From the NCBI GenBank assembly GCA_035193785.1, contig CP136572.1:2548578-2612577 (forward strand): 64,000 bases of DNA, in the 5' to 3' direction. The translations under genes were made by a program, and so were the position numbers. Under the pieces are notes generated by a model. It was given only the letters and a program-made list of their open reading frames with translations. It was not told the origin of the DNA and searched no databases. This document shows positions 26,135 through 37,433 of the stretch, in pieces. This DNA comes from Planktothrix sp. GU0601_MAG3. GTDB taxonomy: Bacteria; Cyanobacteriota; Cyanobacteriia; Cyanobacteriales; Microcoleaceae. How positions within the stretch are numbered: the stretch's first letter is position 1; each line of letters begins with the position of its first letter.

Positions 26135-27815
26135 ATGCTTACACCCATTGATTCTAAACCCCTGCGTTGGCAAAAAACTCGATATTCTCCATTAACGAGA
26201 CAATTAGATGTATTTACTGCCTGCGGGTCGTTTATGTTCTTTTTGTGGTGGGATAAAACCTTGGCACATCAGACCAATAAACAGAAACAAAAACGAGCTA
26301 TTTGGTTAGTTAAAACCCTCTTAGAGTTAGGGCCTACTTTTATTAAAATTGGGCAAGCTCTATCAACAAGAGCCGATATTTTACCCCTGGAATATGTTGA
26401 AGAATTAGAGAAACTACAGGATCAAGTTCCACCTTTTAGTACCGATGAAGCCGTTGCCATTATTGAAGCGGAATTAGGTCATTCTTTATTTACATTATAT
26501 CGAGATTTTGACGAACAACCCCTAGCCGCAGCTAGTTTAGGACAAGTTCATAAAGCTAGACTGCACACGGGAGAGGATGTGATTGTTAAAGTTCAGCGTC
26601 CGGGTTTAAAAGAACTATTTGATTTAGATGTACAAGCGGTGCGGCGGATAATTCAGTTTTGTCAGCGACATTTTAGTTGGTCAAAACTTTATAATTTGGA
26701 TGAGTTATATAATGAATTTTTTATGATTTTATATCAAGAAATTGATTATATTAAAGAAGGCAAAAATGCTGAAAGATTTAAAGATAATTTTAAAAATTAT
26801 CCGGGTATTTTGGTTCCCAAGGTTTATTGGAAGTATACCAGCCATAAGATCTTAACGATGCAATATTTGCCGGGAATTAAAGCCGATGATCGAGATCAAT
26901 TAATTGCCTATGGAATTGATGTTAAACGGCTCAATCAGTTGGGGATTTGTTGTTATTTAAAACAGATTCTTCAGGATGGTTTTTTCCAGGCTGACCCCCA
27001 CCCGGGAAATATTGCCGTTAGTGTTGATGGAAATTTGATTTTTTATGATTTTGGCATGATGGCAGAAGTAAAAGCCTTGGCTAAGGATCAGATGATTAAA
27101 ACCTTTTTTGCCGTGTTAAAAAAAGATACGGATGTAGTCTTAAATACTTTAGTTGATATTGGATTAATTGAACCAGTTTCTGATATGAAACCCGTCAGAA
27201 AAATGGTTAAGTTTTTATTAGAAGAATTTACGGAAAAACCCGTTGATTTTCAAATGTTTAATCAAATTAAAGAAGAAATTTATATCATGTTTGAGCAACA
27301 ACCTTTTCGTTTACCCGCTCAAATGATGTTTATTTTAAAGTCTTTAACTACTTTGGATGGTTTGGCGAGAAGTTTAGACCCTAAATATAGTTTAGTCGCT
27401 TGTGCTGAACCCTTTGTCAAGAGTTTAACGATTTCTCAAGGACGGGGTAATTTAGTGGGGGAATTGGCAAAACAGGCGCGAGATTTTATTAAATTTAGAT
27501 TACAACAACCGAGTAAATCAGAGATATTAATTCGGCGTTTAGAAGAACGTTTAGAAGATGGAGAGTTACAAATTCGGGTCAGGTCTTTAGAAAGCGATCG
27601 GGCTTTAAGACGGATTAATTTAGCGATTAAAACTTTAATTTATATCTGTTGGACAGGATTTACTTTAATTGCTGGAGCGATTTTATTAATTGGAAATTAT
27701 CAAGGATGGGCGGTTTTTATCTTGGTTTTATCTTTATTTGGGTTATGGATGTCGGTGCGATCGCTCTTTAATTTGGCTATTCGAGAAACGGTTAGATCGA
27801 ATTGCGGAAAGTTAA
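26135..27815 (+). CDS. ABC1/AarF/UbiB-family atypical kinase; frameshift at ~27785 near the C-terminus
   Basis: LGPTFIKIGQ, AAASLGQVH, VKVQRP, QADPHPGN and DFGM; repaired end IRERLDRIAES*. Confidence 0.92.
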
Positions 27816-27926
27816 AAGGGTTATGGCAGTTTTTGCTGGTATCTTGACAAGGGTTAAGCCTAATTTAACCACAAAGATACAGAGAAGTTGTAAACACGCT
27901 CGTTGTTATAAATAGTCTCATTCTGA

Positions 27927-28265
27927 TTATTCCTCCTCTGCATCAATTTCATTGCGATAATCTTGAATAGCTTCTAAAACTTGATCAAACAGAGGATCAT
28001 CTTTAAACATTCCTGCAAATTTCATCCAAGGGTCTTCAGGTTTAGGACGTTCAATTTCTAAATTAAAAATTTCTGTATCCTTTAAAAAATTTTGGAGACG
28101 CTGAGATAACTTTTCAATAGCTTCTTCTCGACTATTTCCCGATGCTTTTAAACTCGGGTATTTTAAAACAAACGTTTGATATTTACCATTTTTTAGTTGC
28201 TTAATTCCAATATCATAATTCAGTTTATTGCCAAGATTGACTAGGGTAGGAGAGTTAGTTACCAT
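27927..28265 (-). CDS. HicB-like antitoxin
   Basis: G.Y...V..YP....SG.SREEAIE HicB-type fold plus PWMKFAGMFKDDPLF tail; start placed at MVTNSP. Confidence 0.65.
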   Translation of the reverse strand: MVTNSPTLVNLGNKLNYDIGIKQLKNGKYQTFVLKYPSLKASGNSREEAIEKLSQRLQNFLKDTEIFNLEIERPKPEDPWMKFAGMFKDDPLFDQVLEAIQDYRNEIDAEEE

Positions 28266-28429
28266 TGTTAAATTCAACCTCAATACTATCTTCATTTTAA
28301 CAATTTTATTAGAGTTAGTCAAGAATCGGCGATCGCGCTTTAATCTAGGTGTTCTACAAAAGCCAGTTTGAAATTTTCACTAAAATATGTAAAAATACAA
28401 CTCAGTAAAACCCATAAAACATTATTAAA

Positions 28430-28924
28430 ATGCTACCTATCCCCATTCCCCCCGAACCGGGCCAAGAATCCGTTTGGGATTATCCCCGTCCCCCTCGTTT
28501 GGAAGATGTCAACCAACCAATTAAAGTAATATTTAATGGGATTATTCTAGCGGAAACCCAAGGAGCAAAACGAGTCTTAGAAACCAGCCATCCTCCGGTA
28601 TATTATATTCCGCCCGAAGATATTAAATTAGAGTATTTGCAACAAACTTCTCGCAGAAGTTGGTGTGAGTGGAAAGGGGCTTGTAGTTATTATAATATTA
28701 CGGTCGGTGACAAACAAGCTATTAATGCAGCCTGGAGTTATTTGAGTCCAGTTCCTGAATTTATTGATATTCAAAATTATTATAGTTTTTATGCCAGTTT
28801 AATGGACGCTTGCTATGTGGGAGAAGAATTAGTTCAAGCCCAAACCGGGGATTTTTATGGAGGTTGGATAACTCAAAATATTGTCGGGCCATTTAAGGGA
28901 GAACCCGGAACTATGGGGTGGTAA
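28430..28924 (+). CDS. DUF427 domain protein
   Basis: ESVWDYPRPP, VLETSHPPVYYIP, CEWKG and FYGGWIT motifs. Confidence 0.88.
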   Translation: MLPIPIPPEPGQESVWDYPRPPRLEDVNQPIKVIFNGIILAETQGAKRVLETSHPPVYYIPPEDIKLEYLQQTSRRSWCEWKGACSYYNITVGDKQAINAAWSYLSPVPEFIDIQNYYSFYASLMDACYVGEELVQAQTGDFYGGWITQNIVGPFKGEPGTMGW

Positions 28925-29007
28925 TCTATACTATTTAACCTTAAAAACCCGCCTGATCGGGTCAGTGCGGGTGTGGAAATTTTAATTTGTTGAAACTGAT
29001 TAGGGTT

Positions 29008-29358
29008 TTATTTTAGCAATGATTCTGCTAACTGTTCTAAATTAATGGCACTATTGACTTCATAAAAAGATGTGGTTGGGGCTTTGACAAATAGGGAGGA
29101 CATTTCATTCATAATAGCTTGATAGGCTTCGGTGTGGTTATTGGAAATATCCATATCACCAATATCTTCCCAGAAAATCAGAGCAATTCCCTTATCGGTT
29201 CCAGGTTCTTGAAGTAAATAAGCTCCTTGAAAGCCTTCTTTATAAGTAGCTACCGCTTGTTCAAATAATGTTTGAGCTTCTTTAAATTTACCCGGTTTGA
29301 ATTCACCGATGGCAACGTAGGCAACTTTTCGTCTTAAAAAATCCTGAAATTCAGACAT
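29008..29358 (-). CDS. Small antibiotic-biosynthesis-monooxygenase-like (dimeric alpha-beta barrel) protein
   Basis: 116-aa ORF with FKPGK...GFQGAYLL...W pattern. Confidence 0.55.
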   Translation of the reverse strand: MSEFQDFLRRKVAYVAIGEFKPGKFKEAQTLFEQAVATYKEGFQGAYLLQEPGTDKGIALIFWEDIGDMDISNNHTEAYQAIMNEMSSLFVKAPTTSFYEVNSAINLEQLAESLLK

Positions 29359-29608
29359 AAGTTAATAAATGTAATAAACTGCAAGTTTTTGCACCAGAGT
29401 TACGATTCAACCCTACATAATTCTACCAGTTTAATCGCTAAAAACCATAGAGCATAACCGTGACCCCTTTGACCCTTGTCAAGAAGAACAATAATTGCGA
29501 TCGCAATTAGTCCCCAGAAAAGCCCCAAGTCTGTAAAATCTTAAAGAAATCAAAAAAACGTTCCTCTAGTAGCTAACCCAATTTCAATTTTACTTGGTGG
29601 TGTCAAAC

Positions 29609-30836
29609 GTGAATACAGTCCCCCCGCTCGATCTTAGCCTACAGTACAAAACCATTCAGGAGGAAGTCAGCGCCTGTGTGCAAGCGGTCTTGGCTTCCGG
29701 TCGTTATATTGGAGGTTCAACGGTCGAAGCCTTTGAAAAAGACTTTGGAGAATATATTGGAGTTCAGGAAACCATTGGCTGTAACTCGGGAAACCGATGC
29801 CCTATTTTTAGCCCTACGCGCCTTAAATATTGGGCCAGGGGACGAAGTGATTACCACCCCCTTTACTTTTATCGCCACGGCAGAAATGATCAGTGCGGTG
29901 GGGGCAACTCCTGTATTTGTCGATATTGATGCCAAAACTTTTAATCTCGATATTGCACAAATTCCCAACGCTGTCACCGAAAAAACCAAAGCCATTATCC
30001 CCGTCCATTTATTCGGTCAACCGATGGACATGACCCAATTAATGGCCGTGGCAAAATCCTATAATTTAGCTGTGATTGAAGACTGCGCCCAGGCTACCGG
30101 GGCCACTTGGCAGGGGCAAAAAGTTGGAAGTATCGGAGATATCGGCTGTTTTAGTTTCTTCCCCACGAAAAATCTAGGCGCCTGTGGGGATGGAGGGGCC
30201 GTAACCACCCAAGATCCGGCCCTGGCCCGAGCCATGAGAATTATCAAAGAACATGGTCAATCTACCCGCTATCGTTCGGATACCATTGGGATTAATAGCC
30301 GTTTAGATGCCCTACAAGCGGCGATTTTACAGATCAAACTGCGTTATCTCGATACCTGGAACCAACAACGGCAAATCCTGGCCAGACGGTATCAGCAGTT
30401 ACTCTATCCCCTATCAGAAATTATCACACCCCAAGAAATTGCTTCCGGTGAGAGTGTTTGGAATCAATACACTATCCGGGTACAAACAGATCACAGGGAG
30501 CAGGGGGAAGAAATGGGAGCAGGGGAAGTAAACTTACCCATTACCCATTACCCATTACCCATTACCCATTACCCATTACCCTCCCTCAAACGACGGGATT
30601 ACCTGCGAAACTACCTCCAAGAACAGGGAATTGGTTCTATGATTTACTATCCCATTCCCCTACATCAGCAACCCGTCTATAAAGGTTTGGGCTATCAAGC
30701 CAACCAACTCCCCATTGTTGAAAGGGTTTGTCAGGAGGTCTTATCTATACCTCTATTTCCCGAACTGTCTCCCGAACAGCAAAATCAGGTGATCACGGCT
30801 ATCAAAGAAGGGTTGACGCAAATCCCGCAATTTTAG
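29609..30836 (+). CDS. DegT/DnrJ/EryC1/StrS sugar aminotransferase; frameshift at ~29790; carries an in-frame repeat insertion
   Basis: CNSGTDAL (repaired), FTFIATAE, PVHLFGQ, IEDCAQA, SFFPTKNLG and NSRLDALQAA. Confidence 0.92.
30492..30581 (+). repeat. Composite repeat inside DegT: GGGAGCAGGGG units + GTAAAC + (TTACCCA) x6-7
   Basis: Directly visible; translates as REQGEEMGAGEVNLPITHYPLPITHYPLP. Confidence 0.9.
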
Positions 30837-30969
30837 CTACCCGTGGTGGTCGCGTCTTTGTGGTGCGATTGTTTGTATACTATTGGGTAATAAAACGATA
30901 AAAAAATTCACAATTCTTTTTTTCGATCTCAACTCTAAAAATCTGACCATTAGGAGGAATACAACAAAC

Positions 30970-32632
30970 GTGAACCCACAGCAAGTCAAATCCAGACGAC
31001 GCTATGACCCAGAGGAAATTGCCCGCTATCACCGTCGCCGCCCCTGGTTAGCCATCGGGCGGACAATTATGGTGATTTGGCATTTCACCTGGTTTATCTT
31101 GGGATTATTGTGGGATAAATGGCAACATGGAGATGTGGAACATACCCCCCAACGGGCTACCCACCTGCGCCATATTCTTACGGATTTAGGCCCGACCTAT
31201 ATTAAAGTGGGCCAAGCCCTTTCTACCCGTCCCGATTTAATTAGAAAAGATTTTTTAGAGGAATTAACCAAACTTCAGGATCAATTGCCACCCTTTAATC
31301 ATGATCAGGCGATGGCAATTATTCAAGCGGAATTAGACCAAGATTTAGACAGTATTTATAGAGAAATTTCTTCCGAAACCCGTAGCCGCTGCTAGTTTGG
31401 GTCAAGTCTATCACGCCCGACTCAGAACTGGGGAAGAAGTGGCGGTCAAGGTACAACGGCCGAATTTATTACCGGTTTTAACCTTAGATTTATATTTAAT
31501 GCGTTGGGCGGCGGGATGGCTTTCTCCTTGGTTACCCTTGAATTTAGGCCATGATTTAACCCTGATCGTAGATGAATTTGGGATTAAGTTATTCGAGGAA
31601 ATTGACTATATTAATGAAGGTCAAAATGCTGAACGGTTTGCTACCTATTTTGCTGATGATCCCCATGTTAAAGTTCCCTCGATTTATTGGCGTTACACCA
31701 CCACTTGTGTTTTAACTTTAGAGTGGATTAATGGGTTTAAATTAACCGATACCGAACGAATTAAAGCCGCCGGATTAGATCAGGATACATTAATTGAAAT
31801 TGGCGTAACCAGTGGTTTAAAACAACTCTTGGAATTTGGTTTTTTCCACGCCGATCCGCACCCGGGAAATTTATTTGCTCTGCCCGATGGTCGCATGGCA
31901 TTTATTGATTTTGGGATGATGGATCAGTTACAACAAAATACTAAGGAAACCTTAGTGGATTCCGTGGTGCATTTGATTAATAAAGATTATGATCAACTGG
32001 CACTTGATTTCGTAAGATTAGGGTTTTTATCGCCAGAAACCAATATTAAACCGATTATTCCTGCCTTGGAAATGGTGTTGGGCGATATAATTGGCACAAG
32101 TGTTAAGGATTTTAATTTTAAAACTATTACCGATAGTTTTTCGGAATTGATGTATGAATATCCCTTCCGAGTTCCCGCCCAATTTGCCTTAATTATTCGT
32201 TCCTTGGTGACTCAAGAAGGCATTGCTTTGAGTTTGAATCCCAATTTCAAAATTGTGGATGTGGCCTATCCTTATGTTGCTCGTCGATTATTAAATGGTG
32301 AAACCCCAGCCCTGCGACGTCGTTTAATTGAAGTATTGTTTAAAGATGGGAAATTCCAATGGCAACGATTAGAAAATATGATTGCGATCGCCCGATCAGA
32401 TCGGAATTTTGATCTGTTACCCACGGCGCAATTAGGATTAAAATATTTAATGTCTGATGAAGGAGATTTCCTCCGCCGTCAAATTATTTTGGCCTTAACT
32501 GAAGACGATCGTCTCCATACCACAGAAGTTCAACGGTTATGGACTTTAATTCAACCGGATTTAAAACCCAGTCGTTTATTCGATGCAGCTTGGGGAGCGA
32601 TCAGTCAGTTATCGGTAATAGGTAATGGGTAA
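30970..32632 (+). CDS. ABC1/AarF/UbiB-family kinase; frameshift at ~31375
   Basis: AGGAGG upstream of the GTG start; LGPTYIKVGQ, repaired SEPVAAASLGQVY, HADPHPGN and DFGMM. Confidence 0.92.
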
Positions 32633-32746
32633 TGGGTAATGGTTAATGGTTAATGGGTAATAAAAAGAAATAAAAAGAGTTTACCTCCCCTGCTCCCCCT
32701 GCTCCCCCTGCTCCCCCTGCCTCCCCTGCCCTCCCCTGCTCCCCTG
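32614..32746 (-). repeat. Inverted copy of the composite repeat: (TGGGTAA)-type heptamers + GTTTAC + (CTCCCCTG)-type units
   Basis: Reverse complement reads (GGGGAGCAG)n-GTAAAC-spacer-(TTACCCA)n, the same order as the copy inside DegT. Confidence 0.85.
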
Positions 32747-32751
32747 AATTT

Positions 32752-33163
32752 ATGTATAATTCTGCTAATCCGCCTTTAGTTTTGCTAGTTGGAGGTTTAT
32801 TCATTGGAATAACCTGTTGTACTGCCTTTGTTGTGAATCTCAAGCAGCTTTTAAAAGAATGGTCAAAAAATCGTTTCTAGTCGTAATCTCACTAACCTGC
32901 GGGGTTTTCCTATCCTGTTTCCCTTTATAGGAATTGGGTTGGGAATTTGTATTTTTCTGGCTTCCTGTTTAGAGGTTTTTGCCTTTTCAGAAACATTCGC
33001 CTATGGGTTTTCTATTCCCCTAACGGCGTTAATGGCCGGATTAGTTTGGTATCAATTAACTCGATTATTTAACCAATTGGAACAAAAGGGTTTAAGAGGG
33101 ATTGATTTAGACGATTTAAGTTTAGGTAAAATCATCCCTCAACGGAATCCACCTAAGAATTAA
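32752..33163 (+). CDS. Conserved hypothetical membrane protein (~136 aa repaired); frameshift at ~32873
   Basis: MYNSANPPLVLLVGGLFIGITC joins via WSKNRSSRNL to the GICIFLASCLEVF ORF; three hydrophobic segments. Confidence 0.7.
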
Positions 33164-33235
33164 TCGCGGATTAGACGGATTCCACTGATTTCACAGATTA
33201 TAGATTCAACAAACCTCTAATCTGTGGAATCTGTT

Positions 33236-33935
33236 TTAACCCACTAAACGGTTAATATCTTGATTAGAACCGACGACAACAATCATGGTTCCTTTGTAAA
33301 GTTTGCGATTAGAAAGGGGATTAATTTCCATTTTATCCCCTTCATTTTTAATCGCTAAAAGATTTAATCCATAACGGCGACGGAGTTCTAATTCGGCAAT
33401 GGTTTTGCCATCAAATTCATCGGGAACAATCATCTCTACAATACTATGTTCCGCATCGAGTTCAAATTGATCGAGTAGACGGGGGCGAGTCAACTGTCGG
33501 GCTAATTGTTGCCCCATTTCTTGTTCAGGAAATACGACTAAATCCGCACCTACTTTATTTAATAACTTAACATGGGTTTCCGAAGATGCCTTAGCAATTA
33601 CATTGGCAACACCCCCTTCTTTTAAGTTTAAAGTGGTGGTAATACTTTCGGCCAAAAAACTCCCCACGGCGACAATTACCGTATCAAATTCTAAGATTCC
33701 CGCTTCTCTGAGTGCCGAGGTTTCCGTAGAATCTAACAGCAAAGCATGGGAGGCAATTTGCTGACTTAATGCGGAAGTAATGCGTTTTTCCTCTTTATCA
33801 ACGGCCAGAACTTCATAACCACTGGTATGAAGGGTTGAACAAACGGCACTTCCAAACCGACCTAATCCAATCACAGCAAATTGTCTTTTTTCAGTTTCTG
33901 AGATTGCGTAAAAAATTCCAAGATGAGAAGTTCAT
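33236..33935 (-). CDS. ktrA: KtrA/TrkA potassium-uptake NAD-binding subunit; frameshift at ~33894
   Basis: Repaired N-terminus MNFSSWNFLRNLRTEKRQFAVIGLGRFG; TrkA-N and TrkA-C regions; directly downstream of ktrB. Confidence 0.88.
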
Positions 33936-33976
33936 ATTATCTATGGTTGTTGCAAGCAGAGTAAAATTTGAGTGGT

Positions 33977-35311
33977 TTATCCCACTAAAAGATTTTCTTC
34001 AGGATAGTCAATCGACGTGGGTTTAGGATCGCCTAAAATAGCGGACATTAACAACAGTACCCCAACCCGTCCCATATACATTGTAGTAATAATAATTAGT
34101 TTACTCAAGGGGGTTAAACTGGCGGTAATTCCCGTAGATAACCCCACCGTCGCAAAGGCAGAAACCACCTCAAACAAAATCGGGGCAAAAGCAATTTCCG
34201 GCTGACTTAAAGAAATCAGAATTGCCGAGATACAAATTACCATAAACGAACCAAATAAAACCCCAATAGCTTTTAAAATTAAAGGGAGTGGAATTTGGCG
34301 TTTATAACAAATCACTTCTTCTCGCCCCTGTAAAGCTGTGCGAGTAGAATTAAATAAAATCCTAACCGTTGTGGTTTTAATCCCGCCTCCAGTTCCCCCT
34401 GGACTAGCGCCAATAAACATCAAAATGATTGAGATAAATAACCCGGCAACGGTCAATTCACCATTATTAATTGTATTAAATCCAGCAGTTCGGGTAGTCA
34501 CCGATTGAAACCAAGCCGCCATTAATTGTTCGGGAAAACTAAGGGGTGCTAGGGTTGACGGGTTGCGATGTTCAGTGAATAATAATAAAACCGTTCCTAA
34601 GACTAATAGAAAAATAGTTGTGGAAGTGACAACTCGGAAATGAATCGAAAAATCACGACGCAGGGGATGACTAGAGAATCGATTACACATCCATAAATAA
34701 AGTTCTTGAATCACTTGATAGCCCATGCCTCCCCAAATAATTAAAAAAGTAATGATAAAATTTAATAGGGGAGAGTCAACATAGCGAATAAAATTATCAG
34801 AGAATAAGCCAAATCCGGCATTGTTGAAGGCATTTATACTATGAAAGAGGGCAAACCATAATCCCTGATTCCATCCCAAATCAGGAACAAATACTAATAA
34901 CAAGAGAAAAACTCCGGTTATTTCAAATAGGGCGGTGGTTGCCACAATAGATTTTAACAAAGGAACGGCCCCCGCTATTCCCGAAGCATCTAAAGATTGT
35001 TGCAGGGCTAATTTATCCTTGAGGCGAAACTTTCGACCTAATACCAACAATAAAAAGGTGGTAACGGTCATGTATCCTAACCCCCCGACCTGCACCAGCA
35101 CCATGATAATCAACTGACCCCAAAATGAGTAGAATTTGCCCACATCCACCACGGATAACCCGGTTACGCAAACCGCAGATGTTGATGTAAATAAAGCAGT
35201 TAGAGGATCACCCCAAGTTCCCGCACTCAGGGAGAAGGGTAACATCAATGAAATTGTCCCAACGGTAATTACCGCGAGGAAACCTAAACCAATTGTTCGA
35301 GATACGGTCAT
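33977..35311 (-). CDS. ktrB: KtrB/TrkH potassium-uptake membrane subunit
   Basis: SAVCVTGL, AFNNAGF, RTAGF and SAFATVGLS pore-loop motifs. Confidence 0.92.
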   Translation of the reverse strand: MTVSRTIGLGFLAVITVGTISLMLPFSLSAGTWGDPLTALFTSTSAVCVTGLSVVDVGKFYSFWGQLIIMVLVQVGGLGYMTVTTFLLLVLGRKFRLKDKLALQQSLDASGIAGAVPLLKSIVATTALFEITGVFLLLLVFVPDLGWNQGLWFALFHSINAFNNAGFGLFSDNFIRYVDSPLLNFIITFLIIWGGMGYQVIQELYLWMCNRFSSHPLRRDFSIHFRVVTSTTIFLLVLGTVLLLFTEHRNPSTLAPLSFPEQLMAAWFQSVTTRTAGFNTINNGELTVAGLFISIILMFIGASPGGTGGGIKTTTVRILFNSTRTALQGREEVICYKRQIPLPLILKAIGVLFGSFMVICISAILISLSQPEIAFAPILFEVVSAFATVGLSTGITASLTPLSKLIIITTMYMGRVGVLLLMSAILGDPKPTSIDYPEENLLVG

Positions 35312-35421
35312 GGGGTTAGGGTTAATCTTTACGCTAAGTTATCAGACAATTCGGAATCAATAGAATCATACTGTAGAGAGGCTTGCCTAATAGCATCACT
35401 CAAAAATTCTTCTCTTGATTT

Positions 35422-36291
35422 ATGATGAACTCAACACTCTATCAACAAATTCAGCATTTCTATGATTCTTCTTCCGGTTTGTGGGAGAAGATTTGGGGAG
35501 AACATCTGCATCATGGATATTATGGCTTGGATGGCACGCTGAAAAAAGAACGTCGTCAAGCTCAAATTGACTTAATTGAAGAATTTCTGGATTGGGGACT
35601 CACCGCAACCAACCAAGAGGATTTACAAGGGTCTCGAATCCTTGATGTCGGCTGTGGAATTGGGGGAAGTTCCTTATATTTAGCGGAAAAGTTTCAAGCG
35701 GATGTTACCGGAATTACCCTGAGTCCCGTCCAGGCTAAAAGAGCCACGGAACGCGCCCTAGAAGCTCAGTTACAACAAAAAACACAGTTTTTGGTAGCCG
35801 ATGCTTTAGAAATGCCTTTCGAGAGCAATAGCTTTGATTTGGTGTGGTCTTTAGAAAGTGCTGAACACTTCCCGAATAAAATTCAGTTTTTGCGGGAAGC
35901 CTATCGAGTCTTGAAACCCGGGGGGAGTTTGTTACTAGCCACTTGGTGTCATCGTCCCTTGGGGGGAGAAGCCGGACAACTCACCGAGGAGGAACGGCGA
36001 CATTTGGCAGACATTTATCGGGTTTATGCCTTACCCTATGTGATTGCTTTGCCTGAATATGAAGCGATCGCAACGGATCAAGGGTTTAACAATATTCAAA
36101 CAGCCGACTGGTCAAAGGCCGTGGCCCCCTTTTGGAATACGGTAATTGATTCCGCCTTTAACCTGAATGCCATCATGGGCTTGCTCTTGAGTGGCCCCAC
36201 AACGATTCAAGCCGCCCTAGCCTTACCCTTGATGAGTCGAGGCTATGAGACCGGACTGATTCGTTTTGGTGTATTGCAAGGGCAAAAATAA
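35422..36291 (+). CDS. SAM-dependent methyltransferase, gamma-tocopherol methyltransferase type
   Basis: FYDSSSGLWEKIWGEHLHHGYY, LDVGCGIGGS, WSLESAEH and ATWCHR. Confidence 0.85.
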   Translation: MMNSTLYQQIQHFYDSSSGLWEKIWGEHLHHGYYGLDGTLKKERRQAQIDLIEEFLDWGLTATNQEDLQGSRILDVGCGIGGSSLYLAEKFQADVTGITLSPVQAKRATERALEAQLQQKTQFLVADALEMPFESNSFDLVWSLESAEHFPNKIQFLREAYRVLKPGGSLLLATWCHRPLGGEAGQLTEEERRHLADIYRVYALPYVIALPEYEAIATDQGFNNIQTADWSKAVAPFWNTVIDSAFNLNAIMGLLLSGPTTIQAALALPLMSRGYETGLIRFGVLQGQK

Positions 36292-36316
36292 ATCCAGAGG
36301 TGTGAATCAATCCCAA

Positions 36317-37297
36317 TTAAAACCGATAAACCTGGCCATCAATTAATAGCCGGGTAATTCCTTTAGCTTGTAAATAGGGAGCCGCTTTTCTCAGGAGTCG
36401 GCCATCGGGGACTTTAAACACCCGTTGGTTGCGTCCAGAAAAACGACTGGCTATCCGGTGATTATCAAATACGGGAAGGGTTTGTTCTAGGATTTCTTCC
36501 TCTGGAATCGTTCCCAACTCGCTGAAGGTTTTCAGGGGTTTAGCAATCAATTCCGAGAATCGGTCAATCACTAAATAACAGGTTCTCGGAAGTACAGTTT
36601 CCGTTAAGGGCAAAATTTTGACTAATACAGAACCTCCACTGGCCAGTGCCGGGGAAAATAGACCCCGAGGTTCTGTATCATCATCATCCTGATCATCGGT
36701 GAACTCGTCTCCATAGTCCTCCTCGTCCTCCTCGTCCTCCCCATCCCTGGGATCTGAATTAGAGTCTTCTCCATCCTCCTGAATATCCTCATCGGCATCA
36801 TAGTCCCCAAAAGCATGACCCTTGACTTCCAGCCGATCCGGGGAGAATAGCCCTTCTAAGCCGGGAATTGATAACTGATAATTAGAGAGAGAAATTTGTA
36901 GAGAATCTGGCCCTGGGGAATCAGAAGGAGTAGAGTTCAAAACCTCCTGATCAAAAGCAGATGATTGCTTACGCTTGCGAGGCAAAATTAGCGTAGATTC
37001 CCGGCTTACAGGTTCGGGTGTTTCTTGGTGAACTTCCCCTTGAGATTCATCTCCATCCACCACATCTTCCAAGGAACGTTTCCCCAGACGATGAAGACGC
37101 TGTTTCTGGGTCGTCAGAAGATCATAGACATCTTTAGGAACTGCACTTTGCAGGACTCGTCTCACCGTTGAACTACTGACCCCATAGCGTTCAGCCAGAG
37201 TAATCGTGGTTTCCTCCGGCACGTCCTGATAGAGTCTAATAATTTCCTGTTTTTCCGATTCAGAAAGTTTCGTGGATGTCATTGAGTTGGGAGTCAC
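36317..37297 (-). CDS. Conserved cyanobacterial hypothetical protein (N-terminal HTH, acidic linker, conserved C-terminal domain)
   Basis: LAERYGVSSSTVRR HTH; D/E-rich tract; LPRTCYLVIDR and LPVFDNHR C-terminal motifs. Confidence 0.7.
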   Translation of the reverse strand: MTPNSMTSTKLSESEKQEIIRLYQDVPEETTITLAERYGVSSSTVRRVLQSAVPKDVYDLLTTQKQRLHRLGKRSLEDVVDGDESQGEVHQETPEPVSRESTLILPRKRKQSSAFDQEVLNSTPSDSPGPDSLQISLSNYQLSIPGLEGLFSPDRLEVKGHAFGDYDADEDIQEDGEDSNSDPRDGEDEEDEEDYGDEFTDDQDDDDTEPRGLFSPALASGGSVLVKILPLTETVLPRTCYLVIDRFSELIAKPLKTFSELGTIPEEEILEQTLPVFDNHRIASRFSGRNQRVFKVPDGRLLRKAAPYLQAKGITRLLIDGQVYRF

Positions 37298-37433
37298 GTG
37301 ATTATAGAAGGATTAAGGTTCACACAAAGCCAAGGGATTTCCTACCCGGCCTCCGTGATTGACGGGGGAAAAGGATTGAACGAGAGTTCCATCAATCTAT
37401 GGTTAAAGATCAAAACCCCAATCATTCTATCAA

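Noticed and set aside
32643..32843. 66-aa minus-strand ORF with GAGGAG repeats
   Set aside because: Translation of the tandem repeat, overlapping the real plus-strand membrane gene.
36317..37297. Transposase call based on the N-terminal HTH
   Set aside because: No DDE or HUH catalytic region and no terminal repeats.
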